This document shows, one piece after another, positions 9,389-19,731 of a DNA stretch of 64,000 nt. The stretch covers positions 28,325 to 92,324 of the forward strand of contig UQGD01000003.1 of the NCBI GenBank assembly GCA_900540455.1. Reading direction: 5' to 3'. Under the pieces are notes generated by a model. It saw nothing but the letters and a program-made list of their open reading frames with translations, had not been told where the DNA came from and did not search any database. A program made the translations under genes and the position numbers. This DNA comes from an uncultured Faecalibacterium sp. Lineage in GTDB: Bacteria > Bacillota > Clostridia > Oscillospirales > Ruminococcaceae. The stretch's first letter is position 1. Each line of letters begins with the position of its first letter.

Positions 9389-10708
9389 ATGGCTTCAAAG
9401 AGCAACAAAGGAGCAATTCTCGCCAAGTTTTTTGACGACGGCCAGTACACCACGCTGTTTGCGGACGGCGCAGTGAGCGCGGCCAGCGGCTATGCGGCAG
9501 GCCAGCAGGCTTATGCCGTGTACCAGAACGGCGAGGCCGTCGCCGTCAAGGACGTTGAACGCAACATCAAGGTGCTGGAGCTGGCTGCACAGACTGGCTG
9601 CCCGGTGGTCACCTTCTATGACTCGGTGGGCGCAAAGCTGGCCGAGGGTCTGGATGTGCTGACTGCGGGTTCCAAGCTGAACGCTGCCATCGCAAAGGTG
9701 TCCGGTGTTGTGCCGCAGGTGGCAGTGGTGCTGGGCGTTTGCGGCGGCACCAGTGCGCTGAACGCTGCCAGCGCCGATGTGTGCGTGGTGGCAAAGGACG
9801 CAGAGCTGTTCTTCACCCCGCCGTTCACCTCTGCCGCAAAGGGCGATAAGGCTGCTGCCGCTGGCACCGCCGAGGCTGCCGCTAAGGCAGGCGTGGCCTC
9901 TGTCCTGGCAGAGGATGCCGAGGCTGCTGCGGAGACGGCTGCCCACATCGTGGGTCTGCTGCCCGCCAACAACCTGACCGGTCCCGCTGTGTTCGAGTTC
10001 GAGCAGCCCTCCACCGTGCTGGCTGCTGGTACTGCTCCCGCTAAGGCGGTTGCAGCTGTGGTGGATAAGGACAGCACCGTGGAGCTGTATGCTGGTTTTG
10101 GCAAGGCTGTGTACACCGCTTTTGCTACCATCGGCGGCAGCGCTGTGGGCGTGGTGGCCGTCAGCGGCCAGCTGTGCCACAACTGCGTGTCCAAGGCTTC
10201 CCGCTTTGTCCGCCTGTGCGACGCCTTCAATGTGCCGGTGCTGACCATTGTGGACGCTGAGGGCTTTGCACCCAGCTGCTCCGAGGACATTGCCGGCGGC
10301 ATCCGCGAGGCTGCCCGTCTGGCTGCTACATATGCCGACGCTACCACCGCCAAGATCTGCCTGCTGGCTGGCAAGGCTGTGGGCCCGGTCTACACCGCTC
10401 TGGCCTGCGCCGACCTGCGCATTGCTGTGGAGGGCTGCCTGGTCAGCCCGCTGGAGCCCAGCGCAGCGGTCTCTGTCCTGTATAAGGACGAGATCGACGC
10501 ATCCGATAATATCATCGCCGCAACCAACGCGAAGGCTGCCGAGTACACTGCCCAGCAGTGCAGCGCTGCCGCCGCCGTGGCTGCCGGTGCAGCCGATCTG
10601 ACCTGCGACGCCGCTGGTGCCCGGGCCAGTGTCGTAGCCGCACTGGAGATCCTCAGCAACAAGCGCGCCTCCCGTCTGCCCAAGAAGCACGGCAACATGG
10701 CGCTGTAA
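9389..10708 (+). CDS. Carboxyltransferase-domain protein (12S-like), alanine-rich and divergent
   Basis: Both carboxyltransferase half-domains are recognisable, for example RFVRLCDAFNVPVLTIVDAEGF and LGVCGGTSALNAASADV. At 439 aa the protein is shorter than canonical 12S or PCC-beta subunits. Confidence 0.6.
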   Translation: MASKSNKGAILAKFFDDGQYTTLFADGAVSAASGYAAGQQAYAVYQNGEAVAVKDVERNIKVLELAAQTGCPVVTFYDSVGAKLAEGLDVLTAGSKLNAAIAKVSGVVPQVAVVLGVCGGTSALNAASADVCVVAKDAELFFTPPFTSAAKGDKAAAAGTAEAAAKAGVASVLAEDAEAAAETAAHIVGLLPANNLTGPAVFEFEQPSTVLAAGTAPAKAVAAVVDKDSTVELYAGFGKAVYTAFATIGGSAVGVVAVSGQLCHNCVSKASRFVRLCDAFNVPVLTIVDAEGFAPSCSEDIAGGIREAARLAATYADATTAKICLLAGKAVGPVYTALACADLRIAVEGCLVSPLEPSAAVSVLYKDEIDASDNIIAATNAKAAEYTAQQCSAAAAVAAGAADLTCDAAGARASVVAALEILSNKRASRLPKKHGNMAL

Positions 10709-10759
10709 TTTTGACCGTATACGATTACATCTGATGATCTGATTCAGGAGGGTTCTTCG

Positions 10760-11149
10760 ATGAAGTACTATAACATTACCGTCAATGGCGTTGCTTACAG
10801 CGTCTCCGTGGAGGAGACTGCAGCAGGTGCTGCCCCCGTGGCTGCCGCCCCGGCCGCTGCTCCTGCCGCTCCGGCTGCTCCGGCTCCGGCCGCTCCTGCT
10901 GCACCCAAGGCCCCGGCTGCTCCTGCTGCTGCCGGCGCTGTCTCGGTCAAGGCTCCCATGCCCGGCAACATCCTGGATGTCAAGGTGGCAGCGGGCGCTT
11001 CCGTTAAGGCGGGCGACGTGCTGGTGATCCTGGAGGCCATGAAGATGGAGAACGAGATCCTGGCTCCTCAGGACGGCACTGTTGCATCCGTCAACGTCAA
11101 CAAGGGCGACACGGTCAACTCCGGCGACGTGCTGGTCTCCATGAACTAA
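10760..11149 (+). CDS. Biotin carboxyl carrier protein (1.3S-like biotinyl subunit)
   Basis: An Ala/Pro-rich linker is followed by the EAMKMEN biotinylation motif. Confidence 0.9.
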   Translation: MKYYNITVNGVAYSVSVEETAAGAAPVAAAPAAAPAAPAAPAPAAPAAPKAPAAPAAAGAVSVKAPMPGNILDVKVAAGASVKAGDVLVILEAMKMENEILAPQDGTVASVNVNKGDTVNSGDVLVSMN

Positions 11150-11165
11150 GAGAGAGGTGACAATC

Positions 11166-12569
11166 ATGGCGAAAAAGCCGATCAAAGTGACCGAGGTGGT
11201 CCTGCGCGATGCCCACCAGTCTCTGCTGGCCACCCGCATGACCCTGGATGAGATGCGCCCGATCCTGCCTGAGATGGACAAGATCAACTACTTCTCTGTG
11301 GAGTGCTGGGGCGGCGCTACTTTCGATAGCTGCATCCGCTTTTTGGATGAGGACCCCTGGGACCGCCTGCGCGTGCTGCGCAAGGAGCTGCCCCACCAGA
11401 AGCTGCAGATGCTGTTCCGTGGTCAGAACATGCTGGGCTACCGCCCCTACGCAGATGACGCGGTGGAGTACTTTGTGCAGAAGTCTGTCGCCAACGGCAT
11501 CGATGTGATCCGTATCTTTGACGCACTGAACGACGCCCGCAACCTCCAGACCGCCATCAAGGCTGCCAACAAGGAGGGCGCTCATGTCCAGGGCTGCATC
11601 AGCTACACCCTGAGCCCGGTGCATAACAACGACTACTTCGCTTCCTACGCCAAGACCCTGGAGGAGATGGGTGCAAACTCCATCTGCATCAAGGATATGG
11701 CTGGCCTGCTGACCCCCTACACCTGCTATGAGCTGGTGAAGAAGCTGAAGGAGACCGTCTCCATCCCTGTGGATATCCACAGCCACTACACCGCCGGTCT
11801 GGCCTCCATGTCCATCCTGAAGGGCATCGAGGCAGGTGCAGATATCATTGATACTGCTATGAGCCCCCTGAGCCTGGGCACCAGCCATATGCCCACCGAG
11901 AGCCTGGTGGCTGCTCTGCAGGGCACCGATTACGACACCGGCCTGGATCTGAACCAGCTGAACGTGGTGCGTGCATACTTTGCAAAGCTGCGTGAAAAGT
12001 ACATTGCCAATGGCCAGATCAGCCCCAAGTCTCTGGGCGTGGACGCCAACACCCTGCTGTACCAGGTGCCCGGCGGCATGTTCTCCAACATGCTCAAGCA
12101 GCTTAAGGACGCAGGCAAGGAGGATAAGCTGGACGAAGTGCTGGCCGAGATCCCCCGTGTCCGTGAGGATGCCGGCTATCCGCCGCTGGTCACCCCCACC
12201 AGCCAGATCGTGGGCACCCAGGCTGTGTTCAACGTGATCCTGGGCGAGCGCTACAAGATGGTTACCAAGGAGTTCAAGGGTCTGGTCCATGGCGACTACG
12301 GCCGTACTCCCGCTCCCATCAGCCCGGAGTTCACCAAGAAGATCCTGGGCGACGAGCAGCCCATCACCTGCCGTTTTGCAGACACGCTGGCACCTGAGAT
12401 GGATAAGCTGAAGGCAGAAGCTGCCAAGTGGACCACCCAGGAGGAGGACGTGCTGACCTACGCAATGTTCCCCCAGGTCGCACCCAAGTTCTTCGATAAG
12501 CGCAATGCAAAGCTCCAGGGTGTGGATGCTGCCCATGCAGACTTTGCCAATAAGTCTCACCCGGTCTAA
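11166..12569 (+). CDS. Pyruvate/oxaloacetate carboxyltransferase 5S subunit (OadA/PycB-like, lacking a biotinyl domain)
   Basis: The product contains VTEVVLRDAHQSL...DMAGLLTPY and HSHYTAGLA. It has no C-terminal biotin domain, which is supplied by the upstream gene. Confidence 0.85.
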   Translation: MAKKPIKVTEVVLRDAHQSLLATRMTLDEMRPILPEMDKINYFSVECWGGATFDSCIRFLDEDPWDRLRVLRKELPHQKLQMLFRGQNMLGYRPYADDAVEYFVQKSVANGIDVIRIFDALNDARNLQTAIKAANKEGAHVQGCISYTLSPVHNNDYFASYAKTLEEMGANSICIKDMAGLLTPYTCYELVKKLKETVSIPVDIHSHYTAGLASMSILKGIEAGADIIDTAMSPLSLGTSHMPTESLVAALQGTDYDTGLDLNQLNVVRAYFAKLREKYIANGQISPKSLGVDANTLLYQVPGGMFSNMLKQLKDAGKEDKLDEVLAEIPRVREDAGYPPLVTPTSQIVGTQAVFNVILGERYKMVTKEFKGLVHGDYGRTPAPISPEFTKKILGDEQPITCRFADTLAPEMDKLKAEAAKWTTQEEDVLTYAMFPQVAPKFFDKRNAKLQGVDAAHADFANKSHPV

Positions 12570-12586
12570 GGGTATAGTTTGATCTT

Positions 12587-12625
12587 GTGCCCCCTGTGGA
12601 ATCTCCACGGGGGGCATTTTGTATC
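12587..12625 (+). terminator. Rho-independent terminator after the 5S subunit gene
   Basis: The stem gtgccccctgtgg/ccacggggggcat is followed by a T-run. Confidence 0.6.
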
Positions 12626-12766
12626 CAATAGGGGTGTTTCTCTGGTGGACAGGGGAGGGCGGGCGCTCGGCTGGGATAAGCGGCTTTTTTGTCCGCAGAT
12701 AGTCAAAATGGTCTGGATCTGGGGGGACTGCCTTTGTGTGCGACCTGTGTTTTTTGCCTTGTTTGC

Positions 12767-12795
12767 TTGCAAAACACGCCCTGCCATAGTAAAAT
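12767..12795 (+). promoter_or_regulatory. Sigma-70-type promoter (TTGCAA-17-TAAAAT) upstream of yicC
   Basis: The hexamers and spacer are seen directly in the sequence. Confidence 0.5.
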
Positions 12796-12885
12796 AAAAG
12801 AGTATGTATCATAATATGGGCGGTCAAGCCCGCAACAGATACCTACACTGAAAAAATCCAACGATAAGGAAGAAGAGTGCAGCAG

Positions 12886-13764
12886 ATGATTTTGAGCATG
12901 ACCGGTTTTGGCCGGGGCACTGCGGTGCGCAATGGCCGTGAGATCACGGTGGAGCTGCGCAGCGTAAACTCCCGTTACTTTGAGTACTCCTCCCGGATTC
13001 CCCGCACCTGCAACTATCTGGACAGCCGCCTGAAAAAGCAGCTGAACCAGCGCATCTCCCGGGGAAAGGTGGAGCTGTCCCTCACGATGCAGGAAGTAGA
13101 CGCCGCAGATACCGTGGTCGCAGTCAATCTGGAACTGGCCCGCAGCTATCAGCAGGCGCTGGAACAGATGTCCCAGACGCTCGGGATGCGCAACGATGTC
13201 AGCGCGGGCCTCGTTTCTCGTTTTCCGGAGGTGCTGTCCACCCATCATGCGGATGTGGATGAGGAACAGCTGTGGGAGGATGTTTCCGCCGTTACAGCCC
13301 AGGCGCTGGATCGCTTTGTGGCGATGCGCGCAGCAGAAGGGGAGAAGATGAAGGCGGATATCGAGAGCCGCCTTGCCTTCCTGGAGCAGTGCGTGGGCCG
13401 TGTAGAGAGCCTGAGCGCTGGCCGTGTAGAAAACTATACCGCCCGCCTGTACGAGAAGCTCCGTGTCATTCTGGAGGACCGGGAGCTGGATGATGCACGG
13501 GTGCTGACCGAGGCGGCGATCTTTGCGGATAAGACCGCTGTGGACGAGGAGACCGTTCGTCTGCGCAGCCACATTGCCCAGTATCGGGAGATCCTGTCTC
13601 TGGATGAGCCGGTGGGCCGTAAACTGGATTTCCTTACCCAGGAGCTGAACCGGGAGACCAACACCATTGGCTCTAAGTGCCAGGACCTGGACATCACCCG
13701 TATCGTGGTGGATATGAAAGCCGAGATCGAAAAGATCCGGGAGCAGATCCAGAACCTGGAGTGA
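12886..13764 (+). CDS. yicC: YicC-family stress-induced protein
   Basis: The N-terminus [11 protein letters not shown] matches the family. Confidence 0.85.
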   Translation: MILSMTGFGRGTAVRNGREITVELRSVNSRYFEYSSRIPRTCNYLDSRLKKQLNQRISRGKVELSLTMQEVDAADTVVAVNLELARSYQQALEQMSQTLGMRNDVSAGLVSRFPEVLSTHHADVDEEQLWEDVSAVTAQALDRFVAMRAAEGEKMKADIESRLAFLEQCVGRVESLSAGRVENYTARLYEKLRVILEDRELDDARVLTEAAIFADKTAVDEETVRLRSHIAQYREILSLDEPVGRKLDFLTQELNRETNTIGSKCQDLDITRIVVDMKAEIEKIREQIQNLE

Positions 13765-13783
13765 TACCGCCGGGAGGCAGAAG

Positions 13784-14062
13784 ATGAAACTTGTCAATAT
13801 CGGTTTTGGCAATATGATCAGCGCCGCCCGTTTGGTGGCGGTGGTCAGCCCGGATTCCGCACCAGTCAAGCGCCTGGTCAAGGAGGCGCGGGAGCGTGGG
13901 ATGCTGATCGATGCATCCTATGGGCGCAGTACCCGGGCCGTTCTGGTCATGGACTCAGATCATGTGGTGCTGTCGGCGCTGACCCCGGAAACGGTGGCCA
14001 GCCGGGCAGCAGGCCAGCCCGAAGGCAGACCATCAGAGGAGGAAGAATCCCATGGAGAATGA
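13784..14062 (+). CDS. remA: RemA/DUF370 family regulator
   Basis: The product begins [32 protein letters not shown]. Confidence 0.85.
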   Translation: MKLVNIGFGNMISAARLVAVVSPDSAPVKRLVKEARERGMLIDASYGRSTRAVLVMDSDHVVLSALTPETVASRAAGQPEGRPSEEEESHGE

Positions 14063-14633
14063 AAAATTTCTGTTTGTCGTGTCCGGTCCGTCCGGCGTCG
14101 GCAAGGACAGTGTCGTAAAAAAGCTGCGTGATGCACATCCGGAGATCGCAAAGACCGTTTCCGCTACCACCCGCGCCCCCCGTCCCGGTGAGCAGGAAGG
14201 GGTGGATTATTACTACTGCACCCAGGAGAAGTTCCGTCAGCTGCTGGCGGAAGATCAGATCGTGGAGCACAACTACTATAACCAGAACTACTATGGCACC
14301 CTGCGTTCCGAGGTGAACCGTCACCTGGAAGCGGGCCGCATGGTGGTGCTGGTCATCGACGTACACGGTGCGGCCAACATCAAGCGGCTGTACCCTGGCG
14401 CCAACACCATTTTTCTGCTGCCGCCCTCCATTCAGGAGCTGGAGCAGCGCCTGCGCGGCCGCGGCACCGAGGATGAGGCCAGCGTGCAGCGCCGCCTGAA
14501 CGAGGCAATGAACGAGCTGGCCCAGAAGGACCAGTTCGATCAGAACCTGGTGAACCATGACGTGGATGAATGTGCCGCCGGGCTGTATGCCATGATGCGC
14601 ACCCTGGCTGGCCTGGACAGCAAGGAGCAGTAA
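14052..14633 (+). CDS. gmk: Guanylate kinase
   Basis: The P-loop sequence SGPSGVGK is present, together with TTRAPRPGE. Confidence 0.95.
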   Translation: MENEKFLFVVSGPSGVGKDSVVKKLRDAHPEIAKTVSATTRAPRPGEQEGVDYYYCTQEKFRQLLAEDQIVEHNYYNQNYYGTLRSEVNRHLEAGRMVVLVIDVHGAANIKRLYPGANTIFLLPPSIQELEQRLRGRGTEDEASVQRRLNEAMNELAQKDQFDQNLVNHDVDECAAGLYAMMRTLAGLDSKEQ

Positions 14634-16895
14634 ATGCCCAAAACGGTGGGGGTCGCGGTCAGCAATGCGACCTTTCATTTCGATAAACTGTATACGTATG
14701 CGGTCTTGCCGGAGCAGCAGGATGCTGTGCGGCTGGGCAGCATGGTATTGGTCCCCTTTGGCCGGGGCAGCCGCGCCCGGATGGGGGTGGTGCTGGCCTG
14801 TGATGCGGAGCCGGAGAGTGCAAAACTCAAGTGCCTGTTTGACGTGGCACCCGCTTCCGCCTGCTTGACCCCGGAGCTGCTGGCTTTGGTGCATTTTTTG
14901 AAGGAACGCACCTTCTGCACCTATTACGAGGCGGTCAAGGCGGTGATCCCCTATGGGGCGCAGTATAAGCCTACGGTGGCGGCAGACGGTGTGACCCCGG
15001 TGCTGCAAAAACAGCTGGTCCGCCATACGGAAAATTCCTACCGTCTCACCGGCAGTCTGCCCCAAAAGCCTAAGCCTACCGCCAAACAGATGGCGGCGGT
15101 GACCCTGCTCAGCGGGGGCGAGCGTACCCTTACAGAGCTGGAAGAGAGGGGCGTGAGCCGGGCGGTACTGGACAACCTGTGCGCCAAAGGCGTGCTGGAG
15201 TGCCGCAAGGTCAACCGCTCTTTGGACCTGTATGGGGACATCCCTTTGCAGAACCGGCCGCTGGTGCTGACGGCGGAGCAGCAGCTTGCTTATGAGGCGC
15301 TGCGCCCCTCTCTGGAGGACCATGACCCCCATGCGGCGCTGCTGTATGGAGTCACCGGCAGCGGAAAGACCCTGGTGTTTATCCAGCTGATCCAGCGCTG
15401 CCTGGAGCTGGGGCGCCGGGCTTTGGTCCTGGTGCCGGAGATCAGCCTTACCCCTCAGATGATCCTGCGGCTGAAATCCCGCTTTGGCAGCCGGGTGGCG
15501 GTGCAGCATTCTGCGCTCAACCACACCGAACGGCTGCTGCAATGGCAGATGATCCAGGATGGCGGTGCAGATATCGTGGTGGGGACCCGCAGCGCAGTGT
15601 TTTCTCCGCTGGAAGATCTGGGCCTTATCATTATCGATGAGGAGCAGGAGCACACCTATCGCTCAGAGTCCGCCCCCCGGTACTCGGCCCATGAGGTGGC
15701 CCGCCGCCGGGCGGCCTCCAGCGGAGCGCTGCTGCTGCTGGCCAGTGCTACCCCCAGCACCGAGACTTTTTATGCAGCCCAGCAAGGGCGCATCCAGTTG
15801 GTGCGGCTGACCCAGCGTTATGGCGGCAATCCGCTGCCCCGTGTGCGGATGGTGGATATGCGGGCAGAGCTGGCCGGGGGCAACCCTCGGGAGATCAGCC
15901 TGGCACTGGAAGATGCGATCCGAAAAAACCTGGAGGAAGAAAAACAGACCATCCTGCTTTTGAACCGCCGGGGCTACCAGACCGTCGCACAGTGCGAGGA
16001 CTGCCGGGAGGTGCTGAAATGCAGCAAATGCAGCGTCCCGATGGTATACCACAAGGCCGCCCGCCGGCTGCTGTGCCACTATTGCGGCAGCCAGATGGAA
16101 CCCCCGCCGCAGCGCTGCCCCGCCTGCGGCGGCAAGCTGCAATACCGGGGCTTCGGCACCCAAAAAGCGGAGGAGGAGCTGGCAGCGCTGTTCCCCCAGG
16201 CCCGTATCCTGCGCATGGATCAGGACTCCACTGCCGCGAAGGATGCCCACGAAAAATTGCTGGCCCGCTTTGCCCGACATGAGTATGATATCATGGTGGG
16301 CACCCAGATGGTGGCAAAGGGGCTGGATTTTGAGGCGGTCACGCTGGTAGGGGTGCTGGGTGTGGATTCACTGCTGTTTGCCCAGGGGTTCCGCGCCTAC
16401 GAGCGGGTGTTCAGCCTGATCACCCAGGTGGTGGGGCGCAGCGGCCGGGCTTCTGACCCTGGTTTTGCTCTGATCCAGACCACCGACCCCTCAAACCCGG
16501 TGCTGTCTTTGGCCGCTGCCCAGGACTACGACGCTTTTTTTGAACAGGAGATCGCCTACCGCCGTCTGGGGCTGTATCCGCCTTTCTGTTCGGTGTGTGT
16601 AGTGGGCTTTGCCGGCGGACAGGAAGCGCAGGTGGGCGCCGCCGCCGCCCGGTTTGCCGTGCTGCTGGCAAAGCTGGCAGCGCAAAGGCCGGGGCTGCCC
16701 CTGCGGGTGCTGGGGCCGACCCCGGCGGGGATCTTGAAGATCAACGAGACTTATCGCTATAAACTGACCCTTAAGTGCCGCAATGATCGCGCGTTCCGGG
16801 ACCTGATGCGGGCCGCACTGGCTGCATATGAGCAGGAAAAACTGCCTGCAAAGGCGACCGTGACCGTGGATCTGCACGCAGATGGGGATATTTGA
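14634..16895 (+). CDS. priA: Primosomal protein N' (PriA helicase)
   Basis: A helicase DEEQEH motif is present, with a Cys4-Cys4 zinc-binding region CEDCREVLKCSKCS...CHYCG...CPACGG. Confidence 0.95.
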   Translation: MPKTVGVAVSNATFHFDKLYTYAVLPEQQDAVRLGSMVLVPFGRGSRARMGVVLACDAEPESAKLKCLFDVAPASACLTPELLALVHFLKERTFCTYYEAVKAVIPYGAQYKPTVAADGVTPVLQKQLVRHTENSYRLTGSLPQKPKPTAKQMAAVTLLSGGERTLTELEERGVSRAVLDNLCAKGVLECRKVNRSLDLYGDIPLQNRPLVLTAEQQLAYEALRPSLEDHDPHAALLYGVTGSGKTLVFIQLIQRCLELGRRALVLVPEISLTPQMILRLKSRFGSRVAVQHSALNHTERLLQWQMIQDGGADIVVGTRSAVFSPLEDLGLIIIDEEQEHTYRSESAPRYSAHEVARRRAASSGALLLLASATPSTETFYAAQQGRIQLVRLTQRYGGNPLPRVRMVDMRAELAGGNPREISLALEDAIRKNLEEEKQTILLLNRRGYQTVAQCEDCREVLKCSKCSVPMVYHKAARRLLCHYCGSQMEPPPQRCPACGGKLQYRGFGTQKAEEELAALFPQARILRMDQDSTAAKDAHEKLLARFARHEYDIMVGTQMVAKGLDFEAVTLVGVLGVDSLLFAQGFRAYERVFSLITQVVGRSGRASDPGFALIQTTDPSNPVLSLAAAQDYDAFFEQEIAYRRLGLYPPFCSVCVVGFAGGQEAQVGAAAARFAVLLAKLAAQRPGLPLRVLGPTPAGILKINETYRYKLTLKCRNDRAFRDLMRAALAAYEQEKLPAKATVTVDLHADGDI

Positions 16896-16916
16896 ATTTT
16901 AGGAGGTAAAACTGCA

Positions 16917-17453
16917 ATGGCTATCCGTACTATCGTAAAAGAGGGCGATCCGATCCTGAACAAGGTCTGCCGCCCGGTAACTTCCTTTGATGACCGTCTG
17001 GCACAGCTGCTGGACGATATGCGGGAGACTATGATCCATGCCGACGGCGTGGGTCTGGCTGGCCCCCAGGTCGGTATGCTGCGCCGCCTGTTCGTGGTGT
17101 GGGATACCACCGATGCACCGGAGGAGATCCCGGCAGATTACGAGTATAAGTTCATCGACTTTGTCAACCCCGAGATCCTGGCTGTGTCCGAGGATGAGGA
17201 GACCGCTTACGAGGGCTGCCTGTCCTTCCCGGGACACAATGGCGCCGTGACCCGCCCTGCGGCGGTCAAGGTCCGCGCCCAGGACCGCAATGGCAACTGG
17301 TTTGAGCTGGAGGCCGACGGTCTGCTGGGCCGCTGCATCCAGCACGAGAACGACCACCTGGACGGTGTGACCATCATGGAGTCCAGCGAGTTTTTCTATG
17401 AGGACACCGATGAGGGCCGTGCTGAGGCAGCCCAGGGGAAAGGGAAGCAGTAA
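16917..17453 (+). CDS. def: Peptide deformylase
   Basis: The GCLSFPG and QHENDHLDG motifs are both present. Confidence 0.95.
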   Translation: MAIRTIVKEGDPILNKVCRPVTSFDDRLAQLLDDMRETMIHADGVGLAGPQVGMLRRLFVVWDTTDAPEEIPADYEYKFIDFVNPEILAVSEDEETAYEGCLSFPGHNGAVTRPAAVKVRAQDRNGNWFELEADGLLGRCIQHENDHLDGVTIMESSEFFYEDTDEGRAEAAQGKGKQ

Positions 17454-18371
17454 ATGAGAGTTTTGTTCATGGGCACGCCGGATATCGCCGCCCAGTGCCT
17501 GGAGGCTCTGTATGCCGCTGGGCACGAGATCTGCGGCGTGTACACCCGGCGGGATAAGCCGGTGGGCCGTAAACAGGTGCTCACCGCTCCGCCGGTCAAG
17601 CAGGTGGCGCTGGCCCACGGTACTCCGGTCTTTCAGCCCCGCACCCTGCGGGGCGGCGCAGAGGACGATACGATCCGTGCTCTTGCGCCGGAGATCATCG
17701 TGGTGGTGGCCTATGGCTGCATCCTGCCTGCTTCGGTGCTGCAGATCCCGCCCCATGGCTGCATCAACCTGCACGTTTCGCTGCTGCCGAATTACCGGGG
17801 CAGCGCACCGGTGCAGTGGTCGGTGCTGAACGGAGATGCGGAGACCGGCGTTTCCATTATGCAGATGGACGAGGGGCTGGACACCGGCGCGGTGCTCAGC
17901 TGTGAAAAGATCGCCATCGACCCGGAAGAGACCAGCGGCGAGCTGTTTGACCGGGTGGCGGCTGTGGGTGCACGGGTGCTGTGCGAGACGCTGCCCGCCA
18001 TTGCCCAGGGCAGCCTGCAGGCGGTTCCGCAGCAGGGGGAGCCCAGTTTGGCCCCCATGCTCACCAAAGAGATGGCACAGTTCACGTTTGACCAGTCTGC
18101 TGCGCATATCCATAACTGGGTCCGCGGTATGAACCCCTGGCCGGTGGCCTGGTTTGCAGCCTCCAGCGGCAAAAAGGTCAAGGTGCTGTCCTGCCGTGTG
18201 GTCCCCAGTGCAGGGCAGGCCCCTGGTACGGTCCTGGCGGTAAAGCCGCTGACCGTTGCCTGTGCCGAGGGCGCTGTGGAGTTGCTGCGGGTGGTGCCGG
18301 AAGGCTCGAAGCCCATGGACGGCAGCGCCTTTGCGGCCGGTCTGCGGCTCAAAGCAGGGGAGGCGCTGTGA
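17454..18371 (+). CDS. fmt: Methionyl-tRNA formyltransferase
   Basis: The product begins MRVLFMGTPD and contains NLHVSLLPNYRG. Confidence 0.95.
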   Translation: MRVLFMGTPDIAAQCLEALYAAGHEICGVYTRRDKPVGRKQVLTAPPVKQVALAHGTPVFQPRTLRGGAEDDTIRALAPEIIVVVAYGCILPASVLQIPPHGCINLHVSLLPNYRGSAPVQWSVLNGDAETGVSIMQMDEGLDTGAVLSCEKIAIDPEETSGELFDRVAAVGARVLCETLPAIAQGSLQAVPQQGEPSLAPMLTKEMAQFTFDQSAAHIHNWVRGMNPWPVAWFAASSGKKVKVLSCRVVPSAGQAPGTVLAVKPLTVACAEGAVELLRVVPEGSKPMDGSAFAAGLRLKAGEAL

Positions 18372-19696
18372 TGGGTGCCAGTCCCCGAGCAGCGGCAGTG
18401 TCCGCATTGATCCGGCAGGAGCAGGACGGCTTCTCCAACCTGATCCTGGACGCAGAGCTTCGGCGCCAAAAACTGGACGGCCGGGATAAAGCCTTTGCCA
18501 GCGCCATCTTCTATACCGTGCTGGAGCACCGTGGAACGCTGGATTATATCCTGGAACAGTTTCTGCCCAAAGGGCTTGCCCGGCTTGATCCGCCGGTGCG
18601 GGAGATCCTGCGCTCCGCTCTGGCCCAGGCCCGCTATATGCAGGTCCCAGTCTCCGCTGCGGTCAATGAGGCGGTCAAACTGACCCGGAGCTTCAAAAAA
18701 TCCAGCGCATCCGGCCTTGTAAATGCCGTGCTGCGCCGTGCCTGCGCCTATGATCTGTCCGGCGCCAGCTTTGCAGATGCCTGTGAGCAGCTGATGGTGC
18801 TGGGCTCTGCCGGGCGGGATGTGGCACAGGTGCTGCATACCTACTATCCGGACGAGGCGCTGGGCATCCTGACCCAGCCTGCTGATGGGGGCTTGACCAG
18901 CCTGCGGGCAAACCCGCTGAAAGCAACGCCGGAAAAACTCTGCACTTTGCTGGAAGAACTGGGCGTGCAGGATGTGCATCCCGGCTTTGTGGAGGGCAGC
19001 GTGTTGGCTCGTTTTGAGGGCAGCCCGGCGGATAAAGAGTTGTTCCGGCAGGGGTATTACCATGTAGAGGGCCAGGCCAGCCAGCTGGCGGCTCTGTGTG
19101 TGGAGGCCGCACCGGGCCAAACGGTGCTGGACCTCTGTGCTGCCCCAGGCGGCAAAACTCTGCTGCTGGCCGAGCAGATGCAGGACACCGGCCGGCTGGT
19201 AAGCTGCGATGTCACCGAGAATCGGGTGGGACTTATCCGCACCGCTGTGCAGCGCATGGGGTTTGCCTGCGTGGAGACCCGCTGCAACGATGCCGCCCAC
19301 CCCGCACCGGACCTGCCGATGGCAGACTGCATCCTGACCGATGTGCCGTGCAGCGGGCTGGGGATCCTGGCCAAAAAGCCGGATATCCGCTATAAAGCGC
19401 TGGACAAGGCACGCTATGCCCAGCTGCTGGCCACCCAGGCATCGATCCTGGATGCCGCCGCAGGGCTTTTGAAGCCGGGGGGACGTCTGGTCTACTCCAC
19501 CTGTACGATCCATCCGGCGGAGAATCAGCAGCAGATCCAGGCTTTCCTGCAGCGGCATCCGGAGTTTACGCTGGCATCGCCGTCGCCGGCAATGCCGCAG
19601 GGGATGCGCTGCACACCGTATGGCATGCTTTCGATCCCCACGGAGACCGGCATGGACGGCTTTTTCATCTGCGCAATGCAGAAAAGCCCCTGCTGA
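18368..19696 (+). CDS. rsmB: 16S rRNA (cytosine967-C5)-methyltransferase
   Basis: A NusB-like N-terminus is joined to a SAM-dependent MTase core, DLCAAPGGKT...DVPCSGLG. Confidence 0.9.
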   Translation: MMGASPRAAAVSALIRQEQDGFSNLILDAELRRQKLDGRDKAFASAIFYTVLEHRGTLDYILEQFLPKGLARLDPPVREILRSALAQARYMQVPVSAAVNEAVKLTRSFKKSSASGLVNAVLRRACAYDLSGASFADACEQLMVLGSAGRDVAQVLHTYYPDEALGILTQPADGGLTSLRANPLKATPEKLCTLLEELGVQDVHPGFVEGSVLARFEGSPADKELFRQGYYHVEGQASQLAALCVEAAPGQTVLDLCAAPGGKTLLLAEQMQDTGRLVSCDVTENRVGLIRTAVQRMGFACVETRCNDAAHPAPDLPMADCILTDVPCSGLGILAKKPDIRYKALDKARYAQLLATQASILDAAAGLLKPGGRLVYSTCTIHPAENQQQIQAFLQRHPEFTLASPSPAMPQGMRCTPYGMLSIPTETGMDGFFICAMQKSPC

Positions 19697-19731
19697 CCCT
19701 GGGGTTCTGATGATAGATTGAGGAGAACGCT

